DNA of 39,135 bases from Bacteriovoracaceae bacterium (GTDB lineage Bacteria > Bdellovibrionota > Bacteriovoracia > Bacteriovoracales > Bacteriovoracaceae): positions 1 through 39,135 of the forward strand of contig JABIHA010000095.1 in NCBI GenBank assembly GCA_018649885.1. Direction: 5' to 3'. The position numbers and the translations under genes are program-made. A model generated the notes under the pieces. The model did not search any database. It saw nothing but the letters and a program-made list of their open reading frames with translations, and had not been told where the DNA came from. Positions 38,069-39,135 of the stretch are shown here, in pieces. The stretch's first letter is position 1. Each line of letters starts with the position of its first letter.

Positions 38069-38853
38069 ACTCTTTGGTTAAGAATTAGTTGTGAGCTAAT
38101 TCCGCTACAAGTGGTGTTCACGGCGCTAGGGAGTTTAATGTTTTTATAAAGTGAGGAGAGCGCCTTCTATCAAGGCGGAGATTTTTAAGCAGATTGGCTT
38201 TGTATTGATGTTCAGCTCTAGCTGAGTTTAGTTTTTGTGGTAGCAAATTCTTTTATGGAAAAGGGGAATATCTAGTCTGGTGGTTGTTTGAAAATTTATG
38301 ATCTTTTGCTAGTTCTGCGGAAAGGATAGGTCTATCGCAGACATAACTCGAAAGTAACACGGTAGCGATTTGTGGTAAGAGAAAAAATCAAGGAAGATTT
38401 GAGAGCTTTTTTAGCTCTGATTTATTTATAAATCAGAGTTAAGAAACAGCTAGACTCTCACAGTTTTTTCTTTTGACTTGCTCTCGAGGACCGAGCTACA
38501 CCTAAAAACCCCATCCACAAAACCGCCTGCGGCAAAACTACCCAGTGGGTAGTTTTGAAGCTGAGTGGAACACACTAAGGGAAGCAAACTACGCCGGAGT
38601 GGCCGTAAGGTGCGGCTTCGCGAATACCACCCATAAAAGACCGAACTCTCATCAAAGCCTATTAATACCACCAGAACTACATAGCACCTTTCCATAAAAG
38701 CTTTTGCTACCACCGAAAATAACCCCAGGAAGAGCGAGAGATCAATAAAAAATCACGCCTTTTAAAAATCTCCGCCTTGATAGTAGCCTCACCACCTCAC
38801 TTGCTAAAGCTCACGATACTCCCAAGGCGTGCAAAACCACTTCACCGAAGAGT
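38069..38853 (+). repeat. Large imperfect inverted repeat with nested hairpins (candidate structured RNA or MITE-like element)
   Basis: Perfect 22-bp pair 38167-38188/38762-38783 plus collinear pairs at 38109/38842, 38149/38802, 38237/38713 and 38273/38679. Confidence 0.8.
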
Positions 38854-39010
38854 CCCCCTCTCAAAGACAATAACCAACCACAGAATATCAAAATTACCTT
38901 TTTATAAAAGCAATTGCTACCACCTCTAATAATTCCAACGAGAGCGAGGCATCACTATACGATCATGCCACTGGAACTTCTTGATCTTGATAAAAAACTT
39001 ACCAGCAAAC
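38660..39010 (+). repeat. Degenerate tandem repeat with a 210-bp period
   Basis: CCTTT..ATAAAAGC at 38687 and 38897; TTGCTACCAC at 38704 and 38914; AGAGCGAG at 38731 and 38941; CTTGATA at 38776 and 38986. Confidence 0.75.
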
Positions 39011-39135
39011 TTCTGAGTGGTGGCCGGTCACCTACTTCTCACCATAAAAAAAGTAGATAATAGATTCTATAAAGCTGAAACTATAGAAATGTATTTTATT
39101 ATTTTGTTTGTATTTCCCTATTTTTAAAGACTTAG

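Noticed and set aside
38450..38713. 87-aa minus-strand ORF
   Set aside because: Lies within palindromic repeat sequence, lacks a convincing SD and has no protein-like motifs.
37990..39135. CRISPR array, retron ncRNA, group II intron or rRNA fragment
   Set aside because: No identical short repeats with unique spacers, no cas or RT gene in the window, no domain V motif and no conserved rRNA sequence.

Overview
AT-rich bacterial chromosomal window, most likely Bdellovibrionota (Bacteriovoracia-like; inferred from protein styles, not from a search). The right third is core translation machinery: ffh-rpsP-khpA-rimM-trmD-SPOUT-rplS-rnhB-yraN, dusB and a stand-alone spdEFG1-type fusA. The left part mixes housekeeping genes (rsmD, mnmD, apaG, CCA-adding enzyme, S66 LD-carboxypeptidase) with lineage-specific secreted or membrane proteins. 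No CRISPR, tRNA, rRNA, transposase or integrase is visible. The most interesting elements are: (1) an operator-controlled four-gene operon (GMC oxidoreductase, fused ALDH, DSD1/SphD-like PLP enzyme, Cys-Ntn hydrolase+TPR) whose chemistry fits ceramide/sphingoid-base breakdown; (2) an orphan sigma54 promoter with an IHF site pointing into a structured ~200-nt segment that has no substantial ORF (candidate novel sRNA); (3) a ~1.1-kb non-coding region forming a ~790-nt nested fold-back with a 210-bp-period degenerate repeat; (4) a secreted atypical kinase-like protein divergent from a secreted phospholipase D; (5) an ERIC-like MITE just upstream of rimM.
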